Source: Carcharhinus amblyrhynchos (taxonomy: Eukaryota). From it: a stretch of DNA of 64,000 bases. Below are positions 60,691 to 64,000 of the stretch, piece by piece (the stretch's first letter is position 1; each line of letters starts with the position of its first letter). The notes under the pieces are model-generated. The model ran no database searches, had not been told where the DNA came from, and saw nothing but the letters and a program-made list of their open reading frames with translations. A program made the translations under genes and the position numbers. The DNA lies in NCBI GenBank assembly GCA_965287045.1, contig OZ336871.1, positions 126,604,001-126,668,000 on the forward strand, given 5' to 3'.

Positions 60691-61020
60691 AGGAAGAGGA
60701 AAAGAGCTGCAAAATGAGGAATGAAAGCGGAGGAAGACTGGAAATACACAATGTGTTCCTCAGCTCTGTACTGGGAAAAAAAGATGGATTACTGTTTCGA
60801 GCTGATTTCACCCGATGCTGACAAGCATTCTTTGTTCTTATCAAAAGTGTCAACATGGATGTTATAGAATTATGACATGGCATTAAAAATAAAGAAACCT
60901 AAAAGCTCAGTAGAATAAGAACTTAGGGATCCAGAACACGAACAATCATTTCAGCTAATGGTGATTTAAAAGTAGAAAAGTGGAAGAATAGAATAAAAAA
61001 TGAAAGAGGGGAGGCATAAA

Positions 61021-61325
61021 AGGGCAGCACGGTAGCACAGTAGTTAGCATTGCTGCCTCACAGTGCCAGGGACCCAGGTTTGATACCAGCCTTGGGTCAC
61101 TGCCTTGTGGCGACTGCACATTCTCACCATGTCTGCGTGGGTTTCCTCCGGGTGCTCCGGTTTCATCCCACAGTGCAAAAGATGAGCTGGTTTGCAGTGG
61201 CTTTGTTAAATTCTCCCTCACTGTACCGGAACAGGCGTTGGAGTGTGGCAACTAGGGGATTTTGACAGTAACTTCACTGCAGCATTGATCTACTTTGAAT
61301 ACTAATAAATACACTTCAAACTTCA
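61021..61325 (+). mobile_element. V-SINE, tail type B
   Basis: Full length. Confidence 0.88.
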
Positions 61326-61584
61326 ACGTAAAGGATGGGGAAAATGAGTGAGAAAATAGAAAAAGAAGCAAATGGAATGTCAGGAAAGAGGAACGCTGGT
61401 GTGGTACTGCTGGGTGTAGGTAGGAAGGCGCAGAGTATAGCTTTACTGAAAGTTTGTGTCGTTAAAAGAAGACTACTTCTCAGTTAACAGTGCTTTTAAT
61501 GGCATTGAAACATATCAAAATGCCTCACAACCAATAAAGCATTTTAAAATGGAGCCAATGTTGTAATGTGTAGTATTCAATTTA

Positions 61585-62185
61585 CATAGAAACATAAAAA
61601 AGTCAAAGCAGGAGTAGACCATTCAGCCCTTCGAGCCTGTTCTGCCATTCATTTTGATCATGGCTGATCAGCAAATTCAACATCCTGATTCCTCCTTTCT
61701 CTCATATCCCTTTGGCTTCTTTCACCCCAAGATCAATATCAAATTTCTTCTTGACATCACACAACATTTTGGACTCAACTACATTCTGTGGCAGTGAATT
61801 CCACACATTCACATCTCTCTGGGTGAAGAAATTTCCCCTCACCTCAATCCTAAAAGGTTTACCTCTTATCCTCAAACTATGACCCCTAGTCCTGGATTCC
61901 CCCACCATTGGGAATATATTTTCTGAATCTGCCCTGTCGAATCCTGTTAAAATTTTATAAGTTTTTAGAAGAGTGAGATTCCCTCTCACTCTTCTAAACT
62001 CCAATGAATATAATCCTAATCGACTTCATCTGTTCTAATGTGACAGGCCTGCCATCCCAGGAATCAGCCTGGCAAACCTTCACTGCACTCCTTCTATAGC
62101 AAAGAAATCCCTCCTCAGATAAGGCCACCAAAACTGTGCACTATACTCCAGATGTGGCCTCACCAATGCCTCCCATACAATTGCA
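61585..62185 (-). mobile_element. CR1 3' fragment
   Basis: Minus ORF KTYKILTGFDRADSENIFPMVGESRTRGHSLRIRGKPFRIEVRGNFFTQRDVNVWNSLP. Confidence 0.9.
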
Positions 62186-62277
62186 GTAAATTTCGAAACA
62201 GCAACGTCCACTATTAGCAAATAAAGAAATCAGATAACTTCATTCCGGTCTAAGTTGAAGGGGTAAATACTAAATAT

Positions 62278-62560
62278 AGAAATGTAGAAGCATAGAAGAT
62301 AGGAGCAGGAGGAGACCATTTGGCCCTTTGAGCCTGCTCCACCATTCATCACGATCATGGCTAATCATCCAACTCGATAGCCCAATCCTGCTTTCTCCCC
62401 ATAACCTTTGATCCCATTTGCCCCAAGCACTTTATCTAGCTGCTTCTTCAATACATTCCATGTTTTGACATCAATGACTTCCTATGGTAATGAATTCCAC
62501 AGGCCCATCACTATTTGGGTGAAGAAACGTCTCTTCACCTCTGTCCTAAATGGTCTACCC
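62278..62560 (-). mobile_element. CR1 3' end
   Basis: catagaagataggagcaggaggagaccatttggccc.. tail; nested in an old DeuSINE remnant (pieces from 61490 to 62705). Confidence 0.85.
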
Positions 62561-63094
62561 TGATAGCCAAGATACTGGGAAAACTTCCCCAATCTTTTTT
62601 CCCTTAGTACTGGACTGATGTGCCAGGCTAGTTTATGTGTTCAGGACTTTGGGGTGAGGCTTAAGTCGACAACCTTTCAACTCAGAAGTAAGAATATGAG
62701 CTAACGGTGCCACTTGCAAGTCTACCATTCAACTCAGCCAGACCAGAACTCAATTGCTGGAACTCGACCATCTCGCCCACCACGGAATCGGTCCTCAGGT
62801 GGAAATTTCCAGTCTCACCCGAGTGAGGCCGTAAAATCCCACCCAATATGTCTGCTCCTAGAAGCACGGGTAGGACGCTGCACTCCTGGCTGCTAAAGTA
62901 TTAACATTTGAACAGTATGGCAGGCTCGTGTGCCCCCACACTCATAACAGCAGCATTAACCTGCTTTAAATTTGTGTGGTTTTGGACTGCCCAAATGCAT
63001 AGAAACAGCTTTGTATAGGATCTAAGTTGATATTAGACTTGAGATGAAGACAGAGGTGGTTACAATTTTTGAGACAAAAAAGTTTGATCTGATT

Positions 63095-63230
63095 GAAAGC
63101 AAAATACCGCAGTTGCTGAGAATCTGAAATAAAACAGAATGGAGAAAGCTTATAATGCTCAGCAGTCCTACAGCATCTGTGCAAAGAGAAACAGTGTTAA
63201 TGTTCCAGGTCAACAATCTTTCACCAGGAC
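63095..63230 (-). mobile_element. Old Penelope-like terminal repeat fragment
   Basis: aaaataccgcagttgctg..aatctgaaataaaacaga..ctcagcag..cagcatctgtg..gagaaacag; same family as 34270-34385. Confidence 0.55.
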
Positions 63231-64000
63231 CTTGATCCTAAGTTATGCCATCGATCCTGATGCAATAACAGCAATTGAAGTTAGGAGTGCATTTCAAATG
63301 AGCAACTAGTGCATAACATCATGAAATCATGCTGCCACTTCTCACCACCAGGTCTCTTTGCTGTACAGGAAACTGCGACACAGTGTTTTGCAATTTTAAT
63401 TTTATTTTGATTTACTACTCTGTTTCTTCAGCAAATTTCTTGAAAGGTAAGAATGAGCAATGTGCACCCTCGTGCAAAAAAAATCTCGGCGAGGCACTCC
63501 TCATTAAATGGGCTCAGGTTTAATATATTGTACATTTAAATTTAATTGATAAAGTGCAACAGCGGTAACTAATCGGACAAACAATAAACAGCTCCTCTTT
63601 TGTGTCTAAGTGGATCCGTTTCAGCCAGGGTATTTAACCAGCATGGGAACCATTTATTGCCGTAGTCAGAGCTGACAAGTGCAAGTTCTCACTTTGTGTT
63701 ATTATAAATCATACAAGCCACAATCTCCTTTTATGTTATAAATCACAGATAAAAAAAACAGAGCAACTTTGACAATGCGATAATGCAAAAGCAAGTAAAA
63801 TATGATTCTGATGAAAAGGTAATAGCCATCTATAGTACAGCATTTTATTAACCAGAAATATGACCATTAATACAAGCATGCTGGTAAAATAAAGGGAAAC
63901 TATGAACTCTTACAGTGGTGAAGAAGGCTCTGTTACCTCTATTTTTGTTTCAGTTGCTGATGTGCTTTTGTAGCATCATTCTGTCTGTAATACGAGCATT

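Noticed and set aside
1-64000. CRISPR arrays, operons, rRNA or prokaryotic defence systems
   Set aside because: No regularly spaced repeat-spacer arrays or gene-dense regions; the window is vertebrate repeat-rich DNA.

Overview
Eukaryotic, repeat-dominated DNA, most likely an intergenic or large-intron region of a cartilaginous fish (shark). This is inferred from about 23 HE1-like V-SINEs, SacSINE1-like DeuSINEs and dense CR1 LINEs. I found no intact host protein-coding gene and no prokaryotic features; nearly all ORFs in the track are translations of repeats. Contents: CR1 LINEs (two young ORF2 3' copies at 1-813 and ~56925-57916, plus many fragments), Rex1/Babar-type and L2 LINE fragments, three tRNA-derived SINE groups, PIF/Harbinger-like elements (one with a decayed, spliced Myb/SANT gene), a hAT MITE, Penelope-type inverted repeats carrying minimal hammerhead ribozyme motifs, a degraded histone H4 pseudogene, two assembly gaps and several repeat-free blocks that may be conserved non-coding elements. 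Most worth follow-up: (1) an 83-bp-arm palindrome with a hammerhead motif on each strand; (2) the same +1 G frameshift in two otherwise open CR1 copies that differ mostly at synonymous sites; (3) one V-SINE head/core with two alternative 3' tails, one CR1-like and one matching the local Rex-type LINE; (4) several template-switch or inversion scars. Boundaries were read by eye and are approximate. Family names come from remembered consensus motifs, not database searches.
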